Below are positions 24,195 through 38,062 of a stretch of DNA of 64,000 nt, in pieces (the first letter of the stretch is position 1; each line of letters opens with the position of its first letter). The notes beneath the pieces are model-generated. The model saw nothing but the letters and a program-made list of their open reading frames with translations, did no database searches and was not told where the DNA came from. Source of the DNA: Azolla caroliniana. Taxonomy: Eukaryota; Plantae; Polypodiophyta. A program made the position numbers and the translations under genes. Location of the stretch: NCBI GenBank assembly GCA_043228905.1, contig JBHGNT010000020.1:6200001-6264000 (forward strand), read 5' to 3'.

Positions 24195-27100
24195 CACAAG
24201 CACACACACCGATAGCAGAATGCTATACACGGAGGGAGATAGGCCCCGTGGACGTGGAGGACGAGGCGAGTCGGCGCACAATGGAGGCGGCCGACGAGAT
24301 CAAGGAAGAAGGCACCGAAGTGATGCCGACAGCAACTCCGGACCCTCCGGAAACAGGGGGAATCGAAGCGATGAGAACCGGCAAGGGAAGGTCATCGCGG
24401 AGTGCTGGTATTGTGGCAAGAAAGGCCACAAGGAAAGTGAGTGCTGGAAGAAGCGCGCCGATTCGGAGAGAACCGGTTCCGGAAACGGCTCCAGACATAC
24501 CGACAAGGGAAATCGGCAGCGATCGCACTACGCCGAAGACTCCGGGAGAGCCGGAGAAGGGTCTACCTTCGTGACGAGACACGATGCAAACTCAATGAAA
24601 CGGACCACCCTGAGATCGGACGAGGTGTGGTACGTAGACTCCGGCGTGTCAAACCACATCACGAGCCATAAGGAGTGGTTCTCGTACCTTGAAAAACCGA
24701 TACAACCTGCAGTAGTCGCAACTGGAGACGACACTCCGCATCCGATCATGAATGTCGGAGAAGTTCCCCTTAGCCATGTCGGGCAGAAAGGGAAACTCAT
24801 GAACGTGCTGCACGCTCCGACAATCACGAAGAACTTGGTCTCGGTCGGACAGATCGTCGACCAAGGGATGGAGGTTCGGTTTACACACCTCGGGTGCTTC
24901 TTTGAGGAAGAAGGCCGTGTGATTGCGCAAGGGCGCAGAGACGGGAGGATGTTCATCCTCGAATCCACTGACGGCGGCACCCCAATGTTCAAGAAGGGAC
25001 AAAAATCCGAGTCGGACATCGACTTGTGGCACAAGCGGATAGGCCACGTCAACTACCAACGGCTTCAAGATCTGCAATCGAAACAGGTAGTGATCGGATT
25101 GCCCAAATTTAGTGGCTGAAAGGCACAAATTTGTGAAGCCTGCCAGCTCTGGAAGCAACACAGACTTCCTTTCCCCAACGAGCGAAACCGGAGCCGGAAC
25201 AAGCTCGACCTTATACACTCCGATGTATGGGGGCCAGCACAAAACGTTAGTCTTGGCGGGAGCCAATATTTCGTCTCCTTCATCGACGACCACACGCAGC
25301 ACACGTGGATCTACCTCATTGAGAGGAAGAGCGAAGTCTTTGACTGTTTTCGGGCCCTCAAAGGGTTCGTGGAAACGGAAATGGGACGAAAGATAAAGTG
25401 CCTGCGGTCGGATGGCGGGAAAGAGTACTTCTCCGGTCAATTCAACGGTTATCTACAACAAATGGGAATTTGGCGCGAATTCAGTTGTAGATACACGCCG
25501 GGGCAAAACGGCGTGGCCGAGAAGAAGAATCGGTCAATTGTGGAAGCGGCACGGGTAATGCTAGAGGAGAAGAGCTTGCCCAAGTTCTACTGGGCCGAGG
25601 CGGTAAGGACCACGGTTTACATCCAAAACCGGATCGGAGACAAAGTGTCGGCGCACGAGCTATATTTCGGAACGAAGCTGAACTTGCGACACTTCAGGAT
25701 GTTCGATAGCATTGCGTATATGCATGTACCGAAGGAGAAAAGGAGGAAGCTAGACGCAAAGGCCGAGAAATGCATCTTGGTTGGTTACTCGGACGAGCAG
25801 AAGGGTTATAAGTGCTATAACCCTCGCACCAAACAAGCGCGTGTCAGCCGCGACGTTGTGTTTGACGAGTCCGCGTCCTGGTACCTGCCCCCGATTCCGA
25901 ACCCCGACTCCAATCCGAGCTCTGACGATGAGGTCAGAGAGGCCGAGATGCCTCTGGATGACCCCGAAATCGAGACCCGCGAAGAGAGTATGATTTCACT
26001 CCGTTTAAGTGGACCGATTGGACGACTGAGTCGGTACGATCAGTCCGATGAAGAGCCGGCGAGTAGTAGACACTCGATCGTGCATTCCCCGCGCAGGAAG
26101 CCGAGGAGACGGCTTACGCGCAAAGAGAAAGGGAAGAAGAAGGTGTCGGATTCCAGCACGGATAGGAACGAGTCAGACCGACGCGAGTCCGACTCCGAGG
26201 GAACCGGTGACGGGTCCTTAAAGGTGAAGTCTGCGTCCACCGAGAAGGCCTCGACATCGGCTATTGCTAGATTACGCCGATCTACCCGCCAGAAGAACCC
26301 TGTTTTGCGGTTCGGATACAACGAGTACATGGCGCATCATTATGCGTACATGACCCATGTAGCGGAAGTGCGTGAGCCGTAGTGCTAAGCAGAAGCGGCT
26401 AAAGACGCGAATTGGCGTGCCGCGATGGAGGAAGAGATGCACGCATTGGCGGAGAACGAGACCTGGGACCTGGTTGATGCACCAACAGGGGTAAAACCGA
26501 TCGGGTGTAGGTGGGTGTACAAGGTCAAGTACAACACCCATGGCTTGGTCAACCGGTACAAGGCTCGGCTAGTGGCAAAGGGCTATGCGCAGAAACACGG
26601 CATCGACTATGATGAGACATTTGCGCCGGTCACGAAAATGACGATCGTCCGTGTTTTGCTGGCAGTAGCTGCGGTGAAGGGGTGGCACTTACATCAGATG
26701 GATGTAAAGAATGCGTTCCTGCAAGGTAACCTTGAGGAACAGGTGTACATGGTACAACCCCCCGGATTTCACTCTGGAACGAACTCCTCGGCAATATGTC
26801 GACTGAAGAAATCCCTTTACGGACTGAAGCAAGCCCCGTGTCCCTGGAACGCGAAGATCACGCAACAACTGCGTCGGATGGGCTTCGTCACGTCAACATC
26901 GGACTCTTCCCTGTTCATCCGGAAAGGTCGACTCAGACCGGTTAGTATTTTACTATATGTTGATGACTTGGTCATCACCGGCGCCAACCTAGGTGAAATC
27001 GACCGCGTGAAGCTCCAACTTGCGGCATCGTTCGACATGAAGGATCTGGGGGACCTTCGTTACATCCTCGGGATCAAAGTGATCCGTACCCCCGAAGGCA

Positions 27101-28360
27101 TATTGATCAGCCAACGTCATTACGTGCTGAGTATGCTCTTCAAATTCGGGATGGCCGACTGTAAGTCCGTCTCGACTCCTCTGGACAGAACCGTCAAGTT
27201 TCGTCCTGATACGGGAAAGGTATGCGACCCGACGAGGTTCCGACAAATTTTCGGAAGCCTCATATACTTGACCATCACCCGACCCGACCTCAGTTATCCG
27301 GTCGGAGTGATCAGTCAGTTCATGGCGCGACCTACCAGGGAGCACCTTCAGTGTGCGCAATGCATACTTTGGTATGTCAATGGCACTAAGGACCGAGGAC
27401 TGCTATATCGGACCGCTGCAGCCGTGCAGTTAGTCGGCTACACCAATGCTGATTGGGCTGGCAACACAGCTGATTGCCGATCCACGTCTGAATACAGTAA
27501 GAAGTAGCCGATAGTTGCACTGTCGAGCACCGAAGCTGAGTACTTAAGGACCTACAAGAGGAGGTGTCAGATCCGACGACGATCTATTGCGACAACCTCA
27601 GTAGCATCCAGCTCGTGAAAAACCCTGTTTTCCACGCCCGGACCAAGCACATTGAGGTGCATTACCATTTCGTCCGTGAGCGTGTCCTTTCCGGTGAAGT
27701 CGAACTTCAGTACGTTCCGACGGATCGGCAGACTGCCGACATCTTCACCAAGCCTCGGATTGCGACAATTCTCAGGTGCGCTCGGATTGCGTCACCTCGA
27801 CGTGCCAAACTTGAGGGGGAGAACAGTCCCGAACGACCAAGCAAGGCAGCAGGAAAAGGAGTGGAGACCGCGACACCACCGAGTCGGTTGACTCGGTTGT
27901 CGAGTTCGACTTCGGATCGGCTGAGGAAGCCGAGGGCGGACCCGCGGAAAAGTTCGAAAGAGGACAGAAGGGGAGCAGTCGAAGGAGAGAGCCGAAGCCA
28001 ACCATGAATGGGGAAGATGACGCCATCGAGGGCGAGAAGACCGAAGACAAGTTGGAGACAACCAACTCGGACGAGAGCGAAAACCGATCGGAGGTAGCCG
28101 AGTCGATTCGGATGTTTGATTCAGATACGTTGAACCAACCGAGGCCCAAGCGGAAGAAAAGGCAGCAGAAGAAGTGTCAACACCGCAACAGCAGACGAGC
28201 TGATAAGGGCCACATGAGCAGACAAGCCGACCAGAAGGGTCGAAGCGCGCGGAGTCGAACAGGTCATGGAGCGCGAGCGAGGCGTGAAGCCAGGAGGAAC
28301 CGGAGCTGTGAGCCCGAAGATCCTGAAGAGCCTCAAGTTGAGCTTGAGGGGGAGTGTTGA
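24195..28360 (+). pseudogene. Bryco copy 2 gag(partial)-pol with C-terminal extension
   Basis: WYVDSGVSNH, LWHKRIGH, RSDGGKEY, YVDDL, RTKHIEVHYHF; several stops and a deletion in RNaseH. Confidence 0.92.
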
Positions 28361-28716
28361 GAGACAAGCTCAACACCGGCCGGATCGGCTGAAGAAGCCG
28401 AGGACCGGATCGGTTGGGACCGATCGGTTAGGCCGAATGCGTAAACCGGTACGCAGACCGGTGCGTAGGTAGGGCCAGATCGGTGCGTAAACCGGGAGGC
28501 CGTTAGGAAAGATATTCCGTGAGGAATATATTTGGGAGTTAGTGTAGGAGCTCTTAATGAGCATTGAAGTATTGTCAGTACTTTGGTCAGTCCTTCTAGG
28601 ACTTGTATAATGTTGTCTGCCTGGCCGGACTAGCCTCAACACAGGTGTCTATCCGACACTTCTCCAAAGGGGTGGTAAGGATTGGATGCTAGGTTACACG
28701 CGTAAGATGATAACAA

Positions 28717-30192
28717 TTAAGCACAGATGGTAAACAATACGAAGATACAGATAAACACACAATAATTACTATTGTATTCCTTTCGTAAGGTTTCTATTAT
28801 TTTTTCGGTCTCAGGGCCGGTTTGCAGGGCTACCGGTTCCGGTTCCGGTTCTGGTTGCTTCCTTGTTGTCCCGACCGGCTCGGTGACAACTTGTGCTTGT
28901 TGAATTCCTTCCCTTGCCTGCAACAGCTCCCCTTGCATTTCCTCGATCTATGTTCGGAGCGCGACCAACTCCTGAGTTGTTGTATGCGTCAGCTGTTGCC
29001 TACACGTTTCTTCTTTCTCTAACTGGTCCGCTACTCCCGATAACTGCTCCAAAAGCCATCTCAACCATTGGGGCTTTGTTCTTCCTGTGTCGGGGTGGCC
29101 TTGCTCAGGCTGTTTTTCCGGCCTTTTCTCTGGCTCCGGCGCTTGTTCATTCTTCTTCTCTGGGATGACCGGTTCTCTAAAGTCCGGCGCAACCGGTGTC
29201 GGTGCTGCTTCCCTCGGTACGGGTTCCGGTACTGCTTCTGGCTCGGCTACTGGAGGTGGTCCTTGCGCCCCCTGCTGAGTTTTGTCAACTGGTGGAGCCG
29301 GTCCTTTCGCCCGTCTCTCCCGACCCTGTCTTGCTGGGAGTCTTACCAGTGGTTCGGATGAGTCTTCTGTTTCAGCTTCCTCCTCCGGTGCGGCTACCAG
29401 GCGGACCTTTTGTATAAAGACCTCTGGTTCCGGTTCCGGCCGTCGCAGCGTTATATGGATTGGTTTGCGCGCTACCGGTTCCTCCTCGGCCGATTTCCCT
29501 TTGCCTTTACCTGCCGGTTTTGCCTTTGTTGCCGGTTCCTGTTGCTGTCGGGATGGTCCTTCCCCCCGTTATTCTGCTTCTTGCTGGGTCCATCCGGGGG
29601 TGTGTTTCTCCAAGATCTGTCGGCGCTTTGTGACCTTTTTCGGCGTCATCTCCTGCCGACCTCTTTTCTTTTGTGTGATGGGGAGCACCGGTGGGACTAA
29701 CACCGTTAGCCATTGTGCTATCCCGACCCATGGCTTTTTTCCTTCCACAAGATTTTTGATGGCCTCCTTCAATCCTTCGGTTATGAAATGGAGCCAGTCT
29801 ATTTGTAAGCCTTCGTACGCTGCTATTAAGAACGCTGCCCGGTACTTGGCTATGGCCGGGGGATGGGGATTCACGAATCCGTATTCCATCATGGCGCGGG
29901 CCACTTCTCCAAACAGCAGGATCTCTCCGCCCTGCGTTCGGTACGCCTTGCTGCTGATAGAGTACTCACCGAAATATTCGAACAGGATCTCACTTGAAGG
30001 GTTTTCGATTGTTTGAAGTCCTCCTGCTTTTATCCCCGTGAGCGCCTGCACCGCTCCTTCCGTGACTTCTGACAAATCGATTGATGCTGCCGCCTGCTCT
30101 GGTTCTGCGTGTGGTGGAGCGTCGGCGATCCGCAGCAATCCTTTTAACCCGTTCTCCCTCATCCATTGGCGTGCCTCTTCCGACAGTACCAT
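28717..30192 (-). pseudogene. Gypsy B accessory ORF downstream of integrase (N-domain, P/E linker, C-tip; coiled-coil middle displaced)
   Basis: YFGEYSISSKAYRT...FGEVARAMMEYGFV...AYEGLQIDW matches A 50260-50700; end EKIIETLRKE matches A ENILNILKEE. Confidence 0.8.
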
Positions 30193-30566
30193 TGTTTCGA
30201 ATTCTTCTTCTGCTGCCTGTTGTTCGGGATCGGGCTGTGTGTGCTCTGTGCGTCGGATCGCTCTTCTGTGCTTCTGCGCCTGTATGTAGGAAAATTCGTA
30301 AAAAGTGAGTCCTTCGCAGGCCTGTGTCTTATATAGTGGCTTTTGCCTCGAGCCGCCCTTTTTCGTTTCCCGCGCATGTTCCTCTCCCGGCATAATTAGT
30401 ATGTCCTTTCTTGTTTGCCGCGTGTGAGTGCCCACGTTCCATGCTTTAAATAGCAAGTACGCGCACGTCCTTCTTTAATGCATGGCGCCTCTTCGTTGCA
30501 TGGTGGCGCTCCCACCTCTTGTGATATCCCCATCATTACTATGATTCGCATCGATTTTGCCCACGT

Positions 30567-30680
30567 CTTCTTTTCTTTTCTTTTCTTTTTTCTTTTTTTT
30601 TTTTTTTTTTCTTTTTTTTTCTTTTTTTTTTTCTTTTTTTTTTTCTTTTTCTTTTACCTTTTTTTTTTTTTTTACCTTTT
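30567..30680. repeat. T-rich low-complexity tract (A-rich on element sense strand) just after the integrase stop
   Basis: About 110 bp of T runs punctuated by C. Confidence 0.9.
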
Positions 30681-30688
30681 GGACCACG

Positions 30689-33600
30689 TCATTTGCTGGT
30701 CCCCCCCGATTTGTTCGGGTCGGTTCGTGTGGATACCGGATCCTTCTGTCGGTTTTCCGGGATAGTCTTTGTCGGTGTTGGTGTCGGTTCCTCATCTTGC
30801 CGGATTTCCGGGTTTTGCTTGAACGGGTTCGCTGGCATATTTCCCTTATACGGCTTTAGCCGAAACCCATTTGCCCACTTGCCGATGACATCTCCAGACA
30901 ACGTGCCGAGCTGATACGACCCATTGTACTCCTTGGTGATCCAGAACGGTCCGGTCCATCGAAACCGCAACTTTCCCGGCATGTTCCCCATCCGTGTCTG
31001 GAATAGTAGCACCGGTTTCCCGACTTCGAACTCCTTTTCATTGCCACGCCGGTGTCGGTCCACGAAAGCTTTTCTCCTCCTTTGCTCCAGTTCGAGTTGT
31101 AGTAAGCTGGCTATTCGGTTTTCTTCTAATTCCAACAACGTCGCCAGCCGGATTCGTTCGGTCTCGTTCTCACTTAAGCGCTCCTTCACCTGAATCCGTA
31201 AGCTGGGGATCCGGAACTCTACCGGCATGACCGCTTCTAAACCGAATGCTAGCCGAAACGGGGTTGTCCGGATGCTGGTTTTGTAGGTTGTTCGGTACGC
31301 CCATAGCGCGCTTTGCAATTTCGTATCCCAGTCGGTTCGGTTCTCGTTGACGATTTTTCGTAAGATGTTCTGCAGAGTTTTGTTCGTTGATTCCGCTAGT
31401 CCATTGGCTTGAGGGTAGTAGGGAGTACTCTTTTTATGTACCACCGCGTAAAATGACGTCAGGCTTTCTACTACCTGCCCGAGAAAATGTCCTCCTTGGT
31501 CACTTATAAGCTCGATCGGGCATCCATACCGGCACCATATGCACTCGTACAGGAACTTTGCCGTGGACGCGGCCGTGTTGTCCCATAAGGCCTTTGCTTC
31601 TACCCATTTGGTGCAATAGTCGGTTGCCACTATGACATACCGATTTCCGGTTCGCATTGCCGGTGGATTGAAGGGACCGACAAAGTCCAAACCCCACTTT
31701 TGAAACGGTTCCAAAGGCAAGACCGGGTGGTGTGGCATCCGGGCCTGCTCCGTGGGTTGGCCCAGTCGTTGACACAAATCTCATTCTCTGCTATACTTCA
31801 CGGCATCTTTTAGGGTGGTGGGCCACCACAGTCCGCTCTGCCATATTTTCCGAGCGGTTGCGTCGCCGGCATAATGCCCACCGAGAATTCCACAGTGGGC
31901 TTCCCTGAGGATTAAATCCTTCTCATCGCTCCGCACTGCTCGTCTCCAGATGCCATCTGCCCCCTTGTGATAGAGGGTGTCTCCAACCAAGCAGAAATGT
32001 CTACTTCTTACTGCTACCCTTTTCCTTTCATCGCGGTCCATGTTCTCCGGGGGAACTCCGGTGCTCAGGAACTGATGCATCTCAGTTAGCCATGTGTCTT
32101 CATCGGCTACCGTTGTATCCATTGCCGGTTTCGTCGTGATCCGGAACAATTCGGCGTCGGGAAACTCATCCTGGACGCCGTCCCCTGCTTCTCCGGATTC
32201 GAGTCTGCTTAGGTAGTCCGCTACCGCATGCTGCGCCCCGGGTCGGTGGAAAATGTCGAATTCAAATTCCGGTAACAGCAGTGTCCATCGTGCAATTTTT
32301 CCCGTCAGGGATGCCTTCAAGACCAGGTAGAGTAGTGCCGAATGGTCGACATGGAAGGAAAACTTCCTTCCGAGCAGATAGTGCCTGTACTTTGTGACAC
32401 TATACACCATTCCCAATGCCTCGCGTTCCGTCGTAGAGTAATTCCATTCGGCTTTTGAGAGTTTCCGGCTTGCGTAGTACACCGGTCGGTACCATTTTGG
32501 CTCCGTGAGTTGGATCAGAACGCTGCCGATTGCTACGTCCGACGCGTCGACGAAGACGTGAAAGCTTTTACTCCAATCCGGCGGTTGCACCACCGGAGCT
32601 TGCGACAGCATAACCTTCAACGCTTGGTAGGCTTCCTCCTCCGTCTCCGCCCATAGGAAGGGTACCCTATGTACGGCGGTATGTAACGGTGTAGCGAAGT
32701 CTGCGAGGTGCCGTATCATCTGGCTATGCCACCTTATTTGGCCCAGGAACCGGCTTAAAGCCTTTGCGTTATTTGGTGCTGGTGCCTCGAGAATCGCCTT
32801 GACTTTATCCAGATCTACCGTGATTCCTTCCTTACTCACCACGTGCCCTAGTAAGTTGCCGCTTGCCACTCCAAAGACGCACTTGGCCAGGTTCAGGTTC
32901 AATCGGTACTCGCGGCACTTCTCCAAGCACAGCCGGAGGTGATCGAGATGCTCTCTGTGCCGGCTGTAGACCGCGAAATCGTCAAGGAAGACCTGCATAA
33001 AACCGGGGATATATTCCCCAAAAATTTCCATTATTATCCTTTGAAAGGTCGCTGGAGCCGTCTTTAGTCCGAACATCATCACGACTGCGACGAACACTTC
33101 CCATTCCGTCACGAACGCTGTCTTCTCCTGGTCGGCCGGGTTCATTCGTATTTGGTTGTAACCGCTAAATCCATCCAGGAAGCTGTAAACTTCGTGGCCG
33201 GCTACCGCATCTAACACCCCGTCCGTAAATGGTAGTGGAAACACATCGGTCACTGTTGCGGCATTTAGTTTTCGGTAGTCCACGCATACCCGGATTTTGC
33301 CGTTCTTTTTCGGGACCACCACTATCGGACTCAGCCAGGTTGCCTGCTTGACCGGTCGGATAAATCCGACCCGGAGGAGCTTATCAATTTCCTCCTTCAC
33401 CTTCGCCGCATAATTCGGATTCATCCGGTACCTGCGTTGAGCGATCGGTTTCGCGTCCGTACTTAGGTGAATTTGGTGCTGATAGAGCTGGGGGTCCAGC
33501 CCTCACATGTCTTCGTACGACCACGCGAACACATCCTTGAAGTCTGTTAATAATGCTACCATTGCCTTCTTTTCTTCCTTCGGCAACTCCTTTGCAACAT

Positions 33601-34830
33601 TTACCGGTCGGGGCTTGTCTGATGTGCCGAGGTCTACCTCCTCTAGTTGGGATGCTTTTACCCTTTGGCATATCGTCATTTCCCTCTCTAGGGATTCCTG
33701 CGCTTGTCGCAGTTCTTGGATCGCCGCTTGGTCCGGTTCATCCGGCGTCGTAATGTACGGTTCTACTGCCGCCGTGATATCCACCTCAAATAGTGGGACG
33801 ATTCGTGGATGTTCCTCGAGGTACCGCTCGACTTCCTCGTCCGGTAATCCCTCCAACATGTTAATGCTTTCCGCATACAATGGAGTTGCTTCCTTACTGG
33901 TGATCACCCGTGGTTGCGTCGTTACTCGTACCTTTGTTTTCCCTCGCTAGAATGTGATCATGTTCTTTTGCCAGCTCTGCTTGATATGCGCCGTTCGCAG
34001 CCATGGTCGTCCTAGCAGTAGGGGGTACGCGCCTTGTACATTCAGCTGCAGCACCACGGCCGATATCCGGAATACGTGGCCTCCGATCGTTACTTCCAAA
34101 TCCCGGATAAGCCCGGTCGGTCGGACTGAGCTGGTATCCGCCATGCGTAACCAGAAGGGGCATGGTTCCCATTCCCGGATGCCCAGGTCGTTGCATGTCT
34201 GTTGGCTGATGACATTTACCCCGGAGCCTCCGTCAATAATCGTTCCACCAATTTCCTTTCCTTTCCCGATTGCCGTGATCGCCGGGCTACTTGTATCGAC
34301 CACCGCTGGTCCTTCCTCCGGGTTGGAGAAGAATGCCGGTGCTGGCGTCAACGTCGGTTTGCTCACGGATGCCTGTAAGTCTGCCGTAAACCGTGGCACC
34401 AACTGTAGTAGTCGTGCTAACGGCAGCACGATTTGACAGTCCTGTAGCGCTTGCCACGTCAGGTTTTCTCCTGACTGTATGATTTCTTTGTCTTTTGGCA
34501 TATTTTGGTCTCTTACTTCTGCCGCATTCTGTTCATTGGCCTGCTTGATCCATTGTGCCGCTTGTTTTCTGATTGCCTCCTGGGCTTCCCACTCGGCGGT
34601 CTTTCCCTTTGACCGGGTTGTGACTTGTTGTACTTCTGTTATTTCGACTATAACCATGTTGACTTCCGGCTGCTTGTCATTGGTTTTGCTTGGGCATTGG
34701 TTCCTATAGTGGCCTTCCTTACGGCAGTAATAACAGTACACCTTGTGACTGTTGCTCGTTTCTCCTTTGTCCCCGGTTTGGAGGGTGGGTATGCTCCGGC
34801 GGTCGTCTTCGGTTTTCGGTTTTTCGGTTA
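30689..34830 (-). pseudogene. Gypsy B pol (knuckle, PR, RT, RNaseH, IN) with few in-frame stops
   Basis: ORFs 33947-34882, 33503-33907, 31781-33424 (FLDD), 30689-31777 (WGLDFVGP, GLAESTNK, WTGPF). Confidence 0.93.
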
Positions 34831-36202
34831 CAAATTTGCTGCTCCGGCTCTGCTTGATTCTGTGGTGCCGATGCTTCCTCACCGCTTCGTCCAGGTTCTT
34901 CCTGTTCTCCCTCTGTTCCAGGCTCTGTTCTGTTACCAGTGTCGCTTTCTCCGGTCTCGACTGGTTGGCTCGGTACGCCTTCTTCCTCTGCTCTGGTGTC
35001 TTCCGGTCTCAGCTCTTCTTCTTCTCCGGCATCGGGCTACTCCTGCTCTTCTTCTTCTCCTTCGATCGGAAGTTCTTCTTCGGGTATTCCTTGTCGGGGT
35101 TGTTCGGTGTCGGTTGGTTCAACTTCAGCCGGTCGCTCTCCCTCACTTATCGTGATTGGCGTCGTTCTTCCCTTAGCTTCCTGTCGTAACCGGTCTTGCT
35201 CGTATCTCTCCAACTCCAACTGAGTTGCGAACTGCCCGTCATCCAACCTCTCTACCAACCCTCGGATTTCTTTGAGTTGTTCTTCTGCTAAAGTGTAGAA
35301 ATCCTCCGACAATTCTTCCCGAATGGCGACGATACTTTCTTCATCCATCTTGTAGAACTTGTCACCGGTCTGCCTCCAATTCTCGGCATCCGCTCGGAGT
35401 GTCTGCAGCTCGGCTGCCTATTGTGACCACTCCTTCCATAGCTTTTCCGTACTTTCGTTGATGCTTGCCTGAGCTCGGGTACTCCATCCTGACATGATGA
35501 GCTTGATCCGGTCAACCCCCGCCTTAGCATGCGCATAAGCTTCTTGCTTTTCCTTCCTTGCCCGTTTTATAATGTCGGCCATTATCTGAGCCTGGGCCTC
35601 GTAATCCGCTTTCTGCTTTTCATAGGTACTTTGCAGTTTGCTGATCGTGAAGGTCTATTTTTCCTTTACTTCATTCCTGATCTTGGTCAGATCCAGCTTT
35701 TCCCGCCTTAGCGCCTCTAATTCCTTCCTTCTCTCCGTCGCTTGGGCTATTTCCGCCGACAATGCTTCCTTGTTGGCACTAACCTCATCCATTGCCTTAG
35801 CCAGGTCTAATCGGGTCTCTTTGAGCTGTTCTTTCAGCTTCTCTATTTGCCGGTCGTAGTCTGCTGCCCGTTTCTTGTTGTCCGACTCGGCCTGCTTGTG
35901 ATCTCGGTAGAGACGGTCGAAGTCCTCCGTCTTCTGCTTCAGGCGTCGGTTTGCCTGAGCTCTTAACCGATCGTCCCGGTCCTTCTGTTGTCGGAGTTCT
36001 TCCTGCAGTAGTTCTATCTCCTGCTCGGCATGTCGACGCAGTCGGTCCTTCTCCTTTTGCAGCTTCTCTTTTTCTTCTTGCAGTCGGTCATTAGCGGCTC
36101 GACCTTTCCGGAGGCCTTCTTCCATTTTTCGTCAGTCGTCCTCCACCGCTTTCCGCTGCTCCCTTTCTCTTTCCCTTAATGCCTCCTGAGCTTTTAATTC
36201 CT
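34831..36202 (-). pseudogene. Displaced coiled-coil segment of the accessory ORF
   Basis: MDEESIVAIREELSEDF...LDDGQF..LELERYEQDRL matches A MDEGSIQNLRADLTEDY...FNDGQM..LEAEAFERERL; flanked by duplicate 34592-34830 / 36203-36434. Confidence 0.85.
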
Positions 36203-38062
36203 CTCGGCGGTCTTTCCCTTTGACCGGGTTGTGACCTGCTGTACTTCTGTTATTTCGGTTGTAACCATGTTGCCTTCCGGCTGCTTGTCATTGGTTTTGC
36301 TTGGGCATTGGTTACTATAGTGGCCTTCCTTACGGCAGTAATAACAGTACACCTTGTGACTGTTGCTCGTTTCTCCTTTGTCCCCGGTTTGGAGGGTGGG
36401 TATGCTCCGGCGGTCGTCTTCGGTTTTTCGGTTATCCGGTACCGATACCGGGTTGTCATTCCTCGCTGCCTCCCGACGTTCCTCTCTTCGGAAACATCCA
36501 CGCTTCCGATTCCGTCAGAAATTTCGGTTCCCTTGTCGCCTCTCTTCTCTGCGTCGTTCGTATTTCGGGGATTCGTCTCGGTCGTACCGGTCCCGGGGGT
36601 AGCTATCTCTGCGTCTCTCATCTCGGTCATAGTTATCGCGTCTTCTATCCGCGTGTATGTTACCGCATTCGCTTTGGTAGCGGTCGTCTCTCCGGAATCG
36701 ATCCTCGTCCGGGTTCTGATTGCGCGGTTCTATGTGTCGAACCGGTGCTGCCTGTCGATTTAACAGGTTATATTCGCATCGGTCCGTTGTATGGGCTCGA
36801 GAGTTGCAGATCATACATTGTGTCCGTAGGGTGCAGTCTACTGTTGAGTGCCCCGAATTTAGGCATGTTGTGCATTGTAAGGCCTGTCGGAACCTCAAGT
36901 CTTCCTCCTTCGGGAGTGCCCGGTGTAACATCCCCATCGACAAGAAGGGGCTAGTCTTGTTCATTTCTAAAACCCAATCAATAACTTGGTCCATTGTGCT
37001 GGTTTGGAAATCAAGGACTCCGCACATTGTTCAAAGTGGCTCTTTCAGCGGGGCCAAAAAGACTGCTTTGGCTTCGTCTTCGGGTGGTGCTCTTGTCAGT
37101 TGGCTGTGCAGGGTCTGAAACCGAATGATAAATTGTGGCACAATCTCGTTCTCTTCCTGTCGGGTGGTGTAGAACTGCCCGACCAATTCCCTTTGCTCAA
37201 ATTGTCTGTGAAAAAGCCTGAGGAATCTGGCCTTCAAGGCATCGAATGTGGCAAAGCTGCCCGGTAAGTGCTTTGCGTGCCATCGGGCCGCCGGTCCTTC
37301 TAAGGTTATGCCGAATTCGGCGACTTTGGATCGTTCGGCTTCGGGTTCCGTCAGTCTTTGGGAGACATGGTTGGCTTCCCATGTTTGGAGGAATGCGTAC
37401 ACGTGTGCCTCCGCGTCGGCCTCATCCCGGTACTTTGGGTATGGGTACGGCATCGTGTCGTCCAACTGACTCTCCTGCTTCCTCCGCTCTCTCTCCGTTG
37501 TTGGCGTTGGTGTGAGAACCTTTGGTTCCTCCGCGGGTGTTGCCGGTGTCCGGTCCTTTGGTTCCTCCACAGGTGTTGTCGGTATCCGCTCCTTCGGTTC
37601 CTTCGCGGTTGTTGTCGATATCCGGTCAACCTTCCTTGGCGATTGCCGGTCACCGCCTTCCAGGGTTATTTCTTCCTCTGGCTCCGGTGTTACTGAGTCT
37701 TCCGACCCCTCTTCCTCCCGGTCGTTTGGTGTGTCGTGGCTGCTTTTATACCGGGACGCAACGCTTCCGTCGCTTTCCGACTCCGCCTCAAGTGTTGTGA
37801 ATGCTTCCGAGTCCCCGTCGCCCCCGGCGAGCGTCTGTAGTATCGTTTCCGCCTCTTGCAAGTTTGTTATGCTACTGCCTTCGTCGGGGATTTGCAGAAC
37901 CCGGAACTGCAGTGCTTCTTCTGCGACTCTCCGAAGAGTTTTGGAGAATGACCGATCCCGCCGGATCTCGTCGACGGCTTGCTGCAGGGCTTCCCGTCGT
38001 TGCTCGCGTTCGGTGTATCGTCTCCCTCGTTCGGTGATGTGGTCGTCATTTGGTCTAGACAT
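36203..38062 (-). pseudogene. Gypsy B gag
   Basis: MPYPYPKYRDEADAEAHVYAF...; CTTCLNSGH and CMICNSRAH knuckles homologous to A. Confidence 0.9.

Noticed and set aside
24649-25440. Long antisense ORFs over pol genes
   Set aside because: Expected shadows of GC-rich coding sequence; no recognisable domains
30475-30859. Poly-K and poly-F ORFs
   Set aside because: Translation artefacts of the T-rich tract
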